DNA of 64,000 bases from Eledone cirrhosa (taxonomy: Eukaryota): NCBI GenBank assembly GCA_964016885.1, contig OZ024740.1, forward strand, positions 139,376,001-139,440,000, written 5' to 3'. The translations under genes and the position numbers were made by a program. Under the pieces are notes generated by a model, which made no database searches, was not told the DNA's origin, and saw nothing but the letters and a program-made list of their open reading frames with translations. Shown piece by piece: positions 37,906 to 49,926 of this stretch; position 1 is the stretch's first letter, and each line of letters begins with the position of its first letter.

Positions 37906-39823
37906 TCACTCACCCTTCGCCTCCTGGGGACCAGGCCGCACGATTTCCATGGGGGTGTTGGAGGGGTTGTCTGGATGTGTGGTGGTTTCCGGCGGGGTGG
38001 GGACGCAGATGTTTGGTGGGGTGAGGTCTGGTGGGATGGGGGTGTCTGGGGTGGGGAGGCATTTGAGAAGGACGCGGTTGAGTGGTTTCACGCAGGAATT
38101 CCCCACATCCTTCTCAAATGTTTCTTTTAGGGACCTATAAGTTTGTATAGGGACCCTAATCAGTTTTAGGTTCATTTTTTTGCTATTTTTTATAGAGTGG
38201 GCGAAAGTTTTCCCTTCGGTGAAAACCGAAGGGTCGTTCGTGATGGTCTCCATTAGTGTTTTGTTTTCAGTGTTTATGTAAGTGTAAGTGTAATTTTCTT
38301 GTGTTGTGTTTGTTTTTGTCTGTAGTTCTTGTGTGTGCTTTCGTTTTGTTGTAGGTATTTTGTTTTCAGGAGGTGGGGGTTTTGTTTGTGATATTTTTGT
38401 TGTTTGTGTTGGTGGTTGTATGTTTGTGGTAGTGTTTGCTGTTTTTTTTGCTTTTGTGATGTCTTTTCTTTCTTTTCGAGCGATGGGGTTCTCCCTCGTC
38501 TTCACTGGGTGATGGCGAGATAGCCTCATCTGTTGTATCGTCTGTGTGATTGGGGAGGAGTATGTCATGGGGAGCTGTTGTGTCTGTATGTGATTTTGCA
38601 GTGGTTTTAGGTGGAGTGGGGTTGGGTGGGACTGTGTTTGTTGTGGTTATTTTTGTGTGTTGGTGTTGTTGTTGTTGTGGTGGTGTTGGTGGTTGTGTTG
38701 TTTTGATGGGTGTCGGCAGAAGAGCCTTTTTTTGGTTCATTAGTTTAGGACAGGAAGCCCTCAGGTGACCCCTGCTAAAGCAATGGTAACATGAAGGCCG
38801 CCTACCCTCAACCGAAAGGTTTATGTAGGTGAGTCCGTCCAGGAGTACACGCTGTGGGATCATAGCTATTCGCTCTGGGCTCATTTGCACCAGAACTTCA
38901 ATGCTAGTCCCATTGAATACATCTCTGGGGGACTTGCTTACTGACAGTATTCTGTCTTCATCAAAATTGATGAAGCCGCACAGTATCCACCATATGTTCA
39001 CCTTTGGTGTGACACTTGTGATTCTGATCTTTTGTGTCCTTTTTCCCATGTATGTAGGGAAAAAGGTATACAGGTTGGATACAATTGGCGACACAGAGTA
39101 ATTTTGGGCCGTCAATTGATCCTTCATCAGTACCGAAATACTCCCAAAAAGTTTGCTTCTTTGAATGAATGCAATATCATTCATTGAATCTTTGAAAACC
39201 AGTTCAATATCTTTCTGTGACAATTGGACTGGTTTTCGGGTAGAATTGGAAACTGTCCTAAAAACTATCGTTTTGAGAGCAGTTTCCTTGCGAATTTCTA
39301 CCGGAGAATTGATGCTGAAAGCACCATTTTTTTCGAAGGTGACATATCTCTTAGCGTCCTTTAAAAGGTGTTCAGCATTTGTTATGTCGAGATATATCAA
39401 TTGTTCTTTCTTTTGAACTTTCTCCGCAAAGGAGATTTTTGGTTTCTTTGTGGAATCCGTATTGGTGGTGTTGTCATTATTGTTGTTATTCTTGTTGTTA
39501 TTCTTGTTGTCACCGATGTTGGTATCATCCGTATTTTCCTTGGTGTTGTTGTTGTCTTTGATGCTGGTGTTATTGGCGTTGTCTTTATTTTTTTCTTTGT
39601 TGTTGTTATCATTGTTGCTTTTATCATCATTATTGGTTTTGCTGTTATTTTTGTTGTCATTGAGCTGTTTGGTGTCATTTGTGTTGTTTGGGTGTGAATT
39701 CGTTTTTTTATTTTCATTTTGTCTTTCCATCTCTATAGTATCTAGTGAAGAAGACGTTGTTGACTGCGAGCTTTGTAGTCTTACCGCCTCTCCACCACCA
39801 TTATCGTTGGACGCAGCGTTCAT
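37906..39823 (-). CDS. LINE ORF1 (gag-like zinc-knuckle protein), frameshifted near 38400-38560
   Basis: Asn-rich N-terminus and VEGRRPSCYHCFSRGHLRASCP (CX2CX4HX4C). The frame continues in 37906..38568 and ends ~34 nt before ORF2. Confidence 0.85.
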
Positions 39824-40067
39824 AACGTAATCAAAATTTTACAATATTTTTTTCCAAGATTCGATGGAGAAAAGTTTTTTAAATGGATATTCCGCCCCTG
39901 AAGGGGCGAAAATGAGTTGACCCACCACCTGAAGGTCCAGACGGGTGGTCAAGTTACACAATGATATAAAATTGAACTAAAAACTCACGATTTTTTCTTA
40001 CATAAATTAACGGAAACTTCTCCGCGAAGTGACACGCGTCTGATAGAGAGATAGATATATTTCTTTA

Positions 40068-40453
40068 AGTTAAAAGTGTACATCCACATATGTATACTGA
40101 AATACTAGGAAACGGTATATATTGCTGATGATATGTAATAACATCGAAACTAGTCCAATATTCCTGTCTGGCTCTCTGGGGAATAGAGGAAAGGTGTTTC
40201 CTCGAAAACCAGTATGACTCTAAAAACCGGTTTGTCTGTGTGTTTACATACGGACTAGCTGAACACTCACAGTAAAGTGTCCAGTGAAAAGCTCGGTACA
40301 TGTACATATGTATACGTGTGTGTATTTATATGCATACTAGTATTTCAGTATACATATGTGGATGTACACTTTTAACTTAATTGTTTAAGCGTCAGTCATA
40401 CAAAAGTGAGTTACAAACGAAACGAAATTTAATTTCGTTTCGTTATTTGTTTT
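40068..40453 (+). mobile_element. HHR-bearing mini-element family K with 12-bp TSD and inverted 5' segment
   Basis: TSD tatatttcttta at 40056-40067 and 40454-40465. 40065-40108 is the reverse complement of 40337-40380. Confidence 0.8.
40119..40161 (+). ncRNA. Minimal type I hammerhead ribozyme
   Basis: atattg-CTGATGA-tatgt-aata-acatc-GAAAC-ta-GTC-caatat. Confidence 0.85.
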
Positions 40454-40891
40454 TATATTTCTTTATTTACCATAAAGGCATAAAAAGAAGGGACAAATAC
40501 AAAGGGGGAGTTTACATATAATCGAGTAAAAAGGGTGTAACATGAAAACAATCGAAAATAACCTCAAAAGGGAGGGGACGTGATGGGGGTTGCACACACC
40601 CCCGAAAAAGTGTGCAATCCTTTGCCTGGGGAGCACATGGAGAAGGTGCTCCCCTCTCCTTTACTTCTTTACCTACAGGATGGTATACAGAGAAGGCCCA
40701 CTTACACGAGCCATTCTCGCCACTATCACCCACCTTTCATAAAACTGCCCGTGGCCAAGCACCTCTCTCTCCATTCTTATCCTTCTTCCGAAGTGATATC
40801 GGAAGAAGTAGACCAGACTATGGACAGAGAGGAAGTTGCCTGACCTCAGACCTTTCAATCGTGTCCACCAAACAACCTCTTTCAACATGGC

Positions 40892-40892
<1 letters not shown>
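40454..40892 (-). mobile_element. 5'-truncated Tx1-like LINE 3' fragment
   Basis: KEVVWWTRLKGLRSG...ERWVIVARMARV; its 5' end abuts (GATA)n at 40893-40926. Confidence 0.88.
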
Positions 40893-40927
<35 letters not shown>

Positions 40928-41188
40928 GGTTGTTCCGTATATTATCCTCAAAAAGATAGATAGCTTTAGATAGCAGCTGTGATGACCACCGACCATCTTG
41001 ACAATACCGCAAGAAAGAGCGGGAAGGGAGGAACGAAAATATAAAATTACCAGTTTCCCCCAAATTTATCACTAAATGGTTGTTGTTAACATTTGTGTAT
41101 GATTATAAAGATATAAATAAATCATGAAAGAATAGCTTTATTTGAGAAAAAACAAGTCATGATGATCTTGAGACTCTCTTTGGTGCAT

Positions 41189-42020
41189 TTACTCAATGAA
41201 TCCACCGTTAGCAACGACGGTTGATTCAATACTAGGTCTGAAACGTTGATATGCCCGAATTAGATAATTTTTACCTATTTTGGATATTGTATTAATTATG
41301 GTGGACTTCAGAGATGTTATCGTGTTATGTGTGCGTTTATTAACTTCTCTCACGACTACACTCCATATGTAGTAGTCCAGCGAATTCAGGACTGGAGAGC
41401 TACGAGGCATATGTTTAGGATGGCGAGATCGTGGAGATTGTAATCCATCCGTTCTTGGGCCGTTTTGGCCTTACGTACGGTCTTCCTTTGCTCAGGCTCT
41501 CTATCCAATACATTTTCAAAACCCTTTTCGACACCTCTTTATAGTCAGTAACATTGGCCTTTAAGCCCCGAGGAAAGAAGTGAGGAGGCATGACATCTCC
41601 CTCATTGCTTATGACTCCCAGAACCATCACAGATGCCGGAAACTTTGTATGCATGACCATTTGTTATTCCTTGGTTCTGATCAAAGTGTTTCTCATCAGA
41701 GAAAAGGGAAAGCATCCCCGAGTCATGAATTAGTCTCTCCACATCACATATGACTTCTATCGAAGGTCCTCGCGCACAAGTCTTCCGATAGTGTGTTTTG
41801 AAACCTTGAAGTCCTTAGCAATAGCATTAATTGACTTTCTGATATTCTTATCCATGTTCTTTTGCACCTTTTGTACAAATGTTGATGCTCTGGTGGTATT
41901 GAAACTCTTAGCAGTCGTTTTACGTTTGGTCACTGCTGTAGAATCGCCGTTAGCGGCTTCTATCTCTGAGAACTTTGACAAAAAACAACTGTGCCATATT
42001 CTGTAAGTGAGCAACCTCTA
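41189..42020 (-). pseudogene. Tc1/mariner-superfamily transposase remnant
   Basis: SINAIAKDFKVSKHTIGRLVREDL (HTH), TKFPASVMVLGVIS, PRSSPVLNSLDYYIWS and RFRPSIE...NGGFIE, in broken frames. Confidence 0.85.
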
Positions 42021-42177
42021 AATCACGATGCTATACATTTAAGGTAACGATTACGGCGGGGTGTCTTTTCCTTTGGTGGGTTAGCTTCTGCTATCGTTTA
42101 TCTGAAAAGAAAAGATAATCAGAAGGTAGAAAAAAGTTAGATATATTAAAAGATGTGTCCTCAGACAACTAAACAAG

Positions 42178-42249
<72 letters not shown>

Positions 42250-42369
42250 GGTTAAACAAGGTTCAATGAATAAATCAATAGATTAGAAGCACTCCACAGT
42301 TATGGTTTTCCGGAGTTATTAATATTAATTCAAAATATTAACAAATATAGACATTCATGTGATCAAGTA

Positions 42370-42436
42370 TATTTTATTATACATATTTCAGAGGTACTGA
42401 CCTATTTCCAACAGTACGTCCTCATTAGATAAAATA
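42370..42436 (-). ncRNA. Family I hammerhead with core mutated to CTAATGA
   Basis: Minus strand: attttat-CTAATGA-ggacgtactg...cagtacctct-GAAAT-atgt-ATA-ataaaat. The element (~42245-42450) is homologous to 58330-58540. Confidence 0.65.
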
Positions 42437-42450
42437 AGTTGATGCTTGAA

Positions 42451-42496
<46 letters not shown>

Positions 42497-42595
42497 AAGA
42501 GTCAAGACCCACTTATCCACTCTACTACTCTACTAACTATTTAGTACTCTGGTGCGTTATGGTCCATCTGGTACCTTACCACACCCTCTTTCTTG

Positions 42596-42644
<49 letters not shown>

Positions 42645-42711
42645 AATATACAAACATACATACATATATACATAAATACAATCATGCATACGTGCATACA
42701 TAACATACATA

Positions 42712-42852
42712 CATGGTGGCAGCCAACTCGTTTTCGAGTACGGCGACTACTTTATATCCATGTAGGAGAACCCTTACCGATGCGCTGAACGAGTGTGACT
42801 TTTTAGTCCAGCCAGCGACTTGAAAACTCTGGTACAAACACTACACTTGTGA
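42712..42852 (-). mobile_element. 3' end of an RTE-like LINE with C2H2 finger, embedded in (TATG)n
   Basis: CSVCTRVFKSLAGLKSHTRSAHR* followed by a short UTR and atgtatgt repeats. Confidence 0.55.
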
Positions 42853-43449
42853 CATACATACATACATACATACATAAATACATACATACATACATACATA
42901 CATACATACATACATACATACATACATACATACATACATACATACATACATACATACATACATCCTTATTTCATTTCATGTTTATTTTTTCTTCGTATGC
43001 TGTTTTTTTTTTATTTCCTAGTTTGTATATTCAATTCAATTACGTATCTACCTAAAGCGTCACAACTATTAAACAGAGAACGATGTATAGAAAAGGCGGA
43101 CATTAGTAATGCATATTTGTCGCCCCTTATAAATCTTATAAAGACAGGGTTTCCTACATTGCAAACCTTTATTTTCATAAGCTTTAATCAGTCTGTTTTG
43201 ATAGAGATGGTTAGGTGTTATGTGACGACAGAAATGGCCACTAAGCAATGGTGTAATTGTTTATAGTAAGTACACTAACTACGGGAATAACTCGAGGCAT
43301 TCACCTTTATATGGCTAGCCCATTGTTAACGCGTCATATGATACCTCATTATGTATATATATTTTTCATTTTCATGTAGACGCCCATCTTCATTGTGTAA
43401 CTCTGCATTGCAATTTCTTCTTCATACGATGCCCTTATGGCAAATAAAA

Positions 43450-43491
<42 letters not shown>

Positions 43492-45190
43492 GGCGACCTA
43501 CGTAGTAAATCGTATCATCGTGAGCTCAGCAAAGGTTTGTTATTTCCGTTTGTTAAAAATTGCCATTTATGGAAAATTTTATTGTTAACTGTTTATAAGC
43601 GCACATACATTGTTTTCCGAAAAGGACACCCCAAAAGATTGGGGCCTTGTGCCCAAAATTTAAACTTTTATTATTATCAAAAAATTTCTTTGAAAAAAAT
43701 ATGGCTAATTCACCTCTGCAACAAGCAGCTGAAAGCCTTCCTCACAAATTAACACCTCACACCGACACCACCATTGTAAATGTTACTACGTTTGCCAACA
43801 CAAAAAAAAATATAAGCAGTAGCAATATTTTAAATTTGTCTCAGGCAGACATTCATTTCCCGCCATTACCAATGACTGCAGGTGTTAAAGCCTCCACCAC
43901 CACCACCACCGCGACAACCACCACCGCCACCACCACCGCGACAACAGAAATAAAAGAAGAAAAAAATAAATTAACTCGTGATGTCGAAATGAAATCAAGC
44001 AAAATGGACTCTTCCGCACCAAAGACGACTGACGTCACCACCACCACAACTGAAGCTAAAATTAATATTAACACAAATAACGATAGCAACAACAACAACA
44101 ATGACATTATAACCCCCCCCCCTCAGTTTCGCCAGAGTAGCAAAACAATTCGAAGCATTCACGGTAACTCAGGAAGATTTAGAAAATGCCAAACAAATGG
44201 TAAAGAAAGATGGGTACAGGGTCAGCCTCACCCCACCCCCCCCCCCCACCTAATAAAATGGAGCATCGGCGCCTATGCACCGTGTCGTATAGAACAATAA
44301 ATGTAAAATCGCGCCGAGTGGAACGGGCATCCGAGTCCCAAATCCAAAAAGCTTTGGGACATGTGTGGGCAAGAAAAACCCACATCAGACGTGGGCAAAA
44401 GTATGTAACCGTGGATGTGTTCTTTGAAACACCAGAGGAGGCTAGAGAACACTCCATGGCCCCATTAAAAAGTGACGACTTCACACTCGTCCCAAGCTAT
44501 TGTGGCCAGAGACTCGTAAAGATCAGGGTGACCCACGTTCCACCGGCCATCGAAATTCCCTGGCTAATAGCGGCTGTCCTCGCCGGCATCGAAGCCAACA
44601 CGAAAATAATAGCAATAGCAAAAGAAAAGCAGGAAAACTGGTCCGGATCTGGGATGGAGCTCCTGATCCAAGCGGACCAAAAAAGCATTGAGGAGATCCC
44701 AGAGGTAATAGACCTCACAGACGGCAGCCACCTCACGGTAATTGTCGAGGGCAGAAGACCTTGGTGTGTCGTTTGTGGTGAAGGAACCCACCTAAGGGCT
44801 TTCTGCCCTCAGGCTAAAAGGTTGAGGCCACCTCTCCTACCCACCCCAGTGACACAACCATCAACACCACCAGTAGCAGAGATGGCAGCAACAACTGTAG
44901 CAGCAACAACAGAAGCAACTATAACAGCATCATCCACCACGCCACAACCAAAACTAACGGCTGTGGAGGATTTTCAACTCCCCGGCCTATCACAACTGGA
45001 GACAGATTGTGACGACGAGGAGTGGGAAACGATATCCGGAAAAAAAAAGAAACCAAAAAAGAAAAAATTGTTATTTTATTTCAACCTCCGTTTTTTTTAC
45101 ACGCAGAAATGCCCATTTGTACCGTCCTGTATTGTCCTGTACTGTCCTTAATGTCTACTTTATGTAAACCCTTGTGGTTAATAAAGAAAA

Positions 45191-45191
<1 letters not shown>
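43492..45191 (+). mobile_element. ORF1-only Tx1-like element (5' UTR, ORF1, 3' UTR)
   Basis: ORF1 pieces 43647..44300 and 44210..45151 contain VEGRRPWCVVCGEGTHLRAFCP and join at ~45065 directly to the 3' UTR. (ATT)n lies on both sides. Confidence 0.82.
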
Positions 45192-45237
<46 letters not shown>

Positions 45238-45238
<1 letters not shown>

Positions 45239-45859
45239 CGTCCAGTGTTCGAGCATTGCTGACTTGTGGGTTTATGTCGAACACCTGCTGTCACGTGTAG
45301 GATGGATCCGGCTATCAGCTGAGTCCATCGAGAGGATTGCCCCGCCCTCTTCCTTTAGCCGGGAAGGGCAGGCAGTTTTTATCTGTCTGGTGGCCATGGC
45401 GAAAGAGATAGTATGGTGGACACGTTTGAAAGGGCTGAAGACGAGCACTTACCTCTTCGGTGATGCCCTGATTAACTTTTTCAAATTTCATTTGAAAAGG
45501 AAAATCAGGGTAGAGAGGGAAGTGCTCTCTTCCCAGCATTTTGTTGAAAGATGGGTGAGAGAAGCAAGTATGGCCCGAGTGAATGGGCCTACTCTGAGTA
45601 TGTGTCTGTAAATTAAAGGTGGAAAACTGGGAGAGGGCACTTGCCCTTATGGTCAGGGTCACTGTGGTCTTTTAATGGGCTTTCTCCACAAATGTCCCTC
45701 GGAAGTCTCCCCCCTATTGGGGAATTTTTCATTGTTATTTTTTATTACATCCTCTGTTTTTTTTTACACGCAGAAATGCCCATTTGTACCGTCCTGTATT
45801 GTCCTGTACTGTCCTTAATGTCTACTTTATGTAAACCCTTGTGGTTAATAAAGAAAACA
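45238..45859 (+). mobile_element. 5'-truncated Tx1-like LINE (ORF2 C-terminus plus 3' UTR)
   Basis: DLWVYVEHLLSRVG...KEIVWWTRLKGL. The last ~100 bp match 45090-45191. Confidence 0.88.
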
Positions 45860-45875
45860 TTATTATTATTATTAT

Positions 45876-48800
45876 TCCTTGAATCTCAGTCATTGATGTT
45901 AGTTAACTGGAAAGTCCGTTGGAATGAATATCTGCAGCCTCAGATATATCGGAGGGTTCTTGCTGTTCCCAGCAAGCATGCCTTTTGAAGCGTTCCAAAA
46001 AGCGTGAAGGGGCCAATTTTCTTTAACCATCCCTGGAAACTTTTTGAGATAGTCCCTAGTGCGCCTATGACAATCTGGATCACTTTGACTTCATGGCAGT
46101 TCCAATTCCTTTTTAATTTGCTCCCTCTCCTTCTCTTGCACTCTCGTGTCGAATGGGCAGGCCACATCCACAATCAGGCACGATCTTTTTTCTTTGTCCA
46201 CAACGACCAGGTCAGGTCTATTGTGTTCCAGTTTCTTGTCCGTCTGTATCCTAAAATCCCACAGCACCTTCACCTGATCGTTTTCTATCACTGACTCTGG
46301 CTTATGCTCATACCACTTCTCAGAATGTGGTAAATTGTTTACTTTGCATAGGTGCCAGTGGATCACCTTGCCCATCACATCATGTCTCCAGCCCTTATAG
46401 TGAGTCTGGGCTAGGTGTTTACACTCGGATACAATGTGAGCCACAGTCTCCTCTCTCTCTCCACAGATCCTGCACAGTGGGCTAGCCTACTCCTTGTAAA
46501 TATGGTGTTTCAACCACTTCGTTTTGAGGGCCTGCTCCTGCGCAGCCATTAACATTCCTTCTGTAGCCTTTTTAAGGTCTCCTCTTTTCAACCAATTCCA
46601 TGTCTGTGGATCTCTAAATTCGGTTTTCTCAAAGAAGGTACTATGAAGGGATTTTTCCTGAAGGCTGCTCTTTCTCCTTGATGTTATTTCCTCCGTGGAC
46701 ATACCCTGGCCTATTGTCCCCTCCTTCAGTACAGTTCTGAGCATTGGCTCCTTACTATCAGTCACGTATTTGTGTAGGTTGTTTTTCTCCATCTGAACAC
46801 AGTCCTCTATGCTGATAAGACCTCTTCCACCTTCAGATTTCCTTAAGTAGAGTCTATCGAGATCACTCCTCTTGTGGAACATGTTGTAGATAGTCAATAG
46901 CTTCCTAGTCTTCCTATCCATTTCTTTTTATTCAGCAACATTCCATCTCAGAATTCCCGCACTGTACCTAATAATAGACACAGCTCGGGAATTTACTGCA
47001 CTTATGGCATTCCTACTGTTCAGATGCGACTTTAATACGCTCCTTATTCTCCGAATGTATTCAGTTCTTATCAATTCCTTCATTTTTTTGTTCTTGATGT
47101 CATCAGCCTCCAGAACACCCAAATACTTGTATCCTTCTTCAGAGTCAATTTCCTTTATCATCTCACCTGTTGGTACCTGGATTCCGTTACTTCTGCTCAA
47201 CTTACCCCTCTTCATCACAATGACTCCACACTTACTAATACCAAATTGCATACATATATCATTGGTGAAAATACGGACAGTGTCAACAAGCACATCCAAC
47301 TCCTTCTCACTCTTCCCGAAGAGCTTAAGATCGTCCATGAAGAGGAGGTGATTGATGGTAAGCCCTCCCTTTCCCAAGCTGTATCCTGCTCTCACTTTTC
47401 GCAGTACACTGGTCATCAGGGCAAGGACAAACAACAGAGGGGACAGACTATCTCCCTGGAAGATACCTCTCTTGATCTTCACGCCTCCCAAGGATTCTCC
47501 AGTTGATGTTAACTCTGTTTCCCAGGACTTCATACTTTTGCCCAACAACTGTCTGATGTTATCTGCCACCTTGAAGATCTCCAGGCTTTTGGTGATCCAA
47601 GAATGAGGCATCATGTCATATGCCTTTTTGTAGTCTATCCATCCCATGGCAATACCAGTGTGTCGCCTCTTGCAATTCCTCATTACCATCTTATCAATAA
47701 GTAACTGGTCCTTTGTACCACGTGACTTCTTTCGGCATCCTTTCTGTTCGTCCGGTAACAAGTTGTTTGTGTGGAGGTGATGGTAGATTTCCTCAGACAT
47801 AATGCTTGTCAACAGTTTCCACATTACGGACAGACATGTGATAGGTCTATAGTTGGTAACATCATTACCCTTGATTCGATCTTTCATTATCAGAACTGTG
47901 GTACCTTTTGTCAACCACTCTGGTACCTCACCTGACGTCAAGCAGTCATTGAACATGGTTGTCAGTTTCGGGTGGAGGGATGTTATATTTTTAATCCAAT
48001 ACCCCTGCACACCATCTGGGCCTGGTGATTTCCAGTTGGTTAGTTTTTTGGCCTGCCCCTTAAGAGTTTCAACTGTGATACCAAAATCAGTTTGTTAGTG
48101 TGCCTGTTCACTAATCTCCTTCTGTACTGTCTCAATCCACACTGCCTGGTCATTATGTTTAACATCCTGCTCCCATATTCCTCTCCAGAATGTTTTAGTT
48201 TGTTCCGCCCCAGGGATCAAGTCGTTGCCTCTTTCTTTCCCTTCAAGCTGTCCAAACAGCATCTTCTGGTTGTTGTCGAACATGCGGTTCTGTCTATACT
48301 GACTGACTCTGTTCTCGTATCGCCTGATTTTTGCACTCTTTGCTACAATGCGTTGCTTCAGTTCCTCTATGATAATATTTAGCTTTTTCCTCCTAGTTTT
48401 GTACTTTATTTCCAGTCTATTTTTAGTGTCTATATTTTTTAGTGTCCCATTCAGTGGGGACTCAAGCTTTCCAATGTCATTTCTCATTTCCCTGATTTGA
48501 CCACTCAGTCGTTTCTTCCACCAAGGCTCTGCTCTTTCTTGTCTGTTGTTTCCTCTCGCTTTTATACCAAGTAGTTTCCTCACCGTATTTGCTGTTGCTT
48601 TGAGGATATTGTTGCACTGGTGAAGGCTCCTCGCCTCAAGGTATGGGATGACTTTGTTTACCTTAGCTGTTGTTTCTTTTAACTTTTTCCTGTCTACAAA
48701 TCTTAGGTTCATAGGTCTCCCACTATCATTGTTCAATTCATCTACTACTAAGTTTAGGATATCAACCAAATCTTGTCCTAGCCCGTCAGCATTCATCTCC

Positions 48801-48995
48801 TCAGTGGCCGTATCTCTGTTCCAGGTATTATTTATCTCAGCATTCAGATCATTGTCTGCTTTGCATAACAGTTCAATTCAATTCTTTCGTCCAGCTGGTT
48901 CTGGTCCCTTTCCTTCTTCTTCTTCCTCCGACACCAGCAGTATTTGGTTAACAGCCAGGTCCCTGCTGCTGAGCCAGGGAGCACCTGTTGGGTGA
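45876..48995 (-). pseudogene. R4/Dong-like non-LTR retrotransposon (RT plus RLE), disrupted
   Basis: NYRPITCL, EQKGC, WIDYKKAYD, GIFQGDSLSP, HLLFMDD, HIVSEC, RHD, NRPDLVVVD, DVACP and IVIGALG. The 3' end abuts (ATT)n. Confidence 0.92.
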
Positions 48996-49004
48996 GAGTC
49001 TGTC

Positions 49005-49870
49005 ATTGAGTCTCAGTCATTGATGTTATTTAACTGGAAAGTTTGTTGAAATGAATATCAAGCCACTACCTGCAGCCTCAGATATTCAGGACGTATCGGA
49101 GGGTGCTTGCTGTTCCAAGCAAGCATGCCTTTTGAAGTGTTCCAAAAAGCGGGACTGGACCAACTTTCTTTAACCATCCTTGGAAACTCTTTGAGATAGT
49201 ACCTAGTGCGCCTATGACAATCGGGTCCACTTTGACTTCATGGCAGTTCCAAATCCTTTTTACCTCCCACTTTAAGTCCTGGTATCGGTTAATTTTCTCC
49301 CTCTACTTCTCTTGCACTCTCGTGTCGAATGGGCAGGCTACAATCAGGCACGATCTTTTTTCCTTGTCCAAAACCACCAGGTCAGGTCTATTGTGTTCCA
49401 GTTTCTTGTCCGTCTGTATCCTAAAATCCCACAGCTCCTTCACCTGATCGTTTTCTATCACTGACTCTGGCTTATGCTCATACTACTTCTCAGAATGTGG
49501 TAAATTGTTTACTTTGCATAGGTGCCAGTGGATCACCCTGCCCATCACATCATGTCTCCAGCCTTTATAGTGAGTCTGGGCTAGGTGTTTACTCTCGGAT
49601 ACAATGTGAGCCACAGTCTCCTCTCTCTCCACAGATCCTACACAGTGGGCTAGCCTCCTCCTTGGTGTTTCAGCCACTTCGTTTTGAGGGCCTGCTCTTG
49701 CGCAGCCATTAGCATTCCTTCTGTAGCCTTTTTAAGGTCTCCTCTTTTCAACCAGTTCGATGTCTGTGGATCTCTAAATTCAGTTTTCTCAAAGAAGGTA
49801 CTATGAAAGGATTTTTCCTGAAGGCTGCTCTTTCTCCTTGATGTTATTTCCTCGTTGGACATCCCCTGGT
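49005..49870 (-). mobile_element. Second, 5'-truncated tandem copy of the same Dong-like family
   Basis: Highly similar to 45880-46712, including the 3' UTR tctcagtcattgatgtt. Confidence 0.9.
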
Positions 49871-49926
49871 CTATTTCCTCTCCTTCAGAACAATTCAGTA
49901 CAATTATTATTATTATTATTATTATA

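Larger units (their letters stand above)
34201..40041 (-). mobile_element. Full-length Tx1/L1-group LINE (~5.8 kb) with frameshifts
   Basis: 5' UTR, ORF1, ORF2 (APE-RT-CCHC) and 3' UTR, with GATA repeats at both ends. Confidence 0.93.

Noticed and set aside
42775-42852. C2H2 finger as a host zinc-finger gene exon
   Set aside because: It is a single finger followed by a stop, short UTR and simple-repeat tail, typical of a LINE C-terminus.
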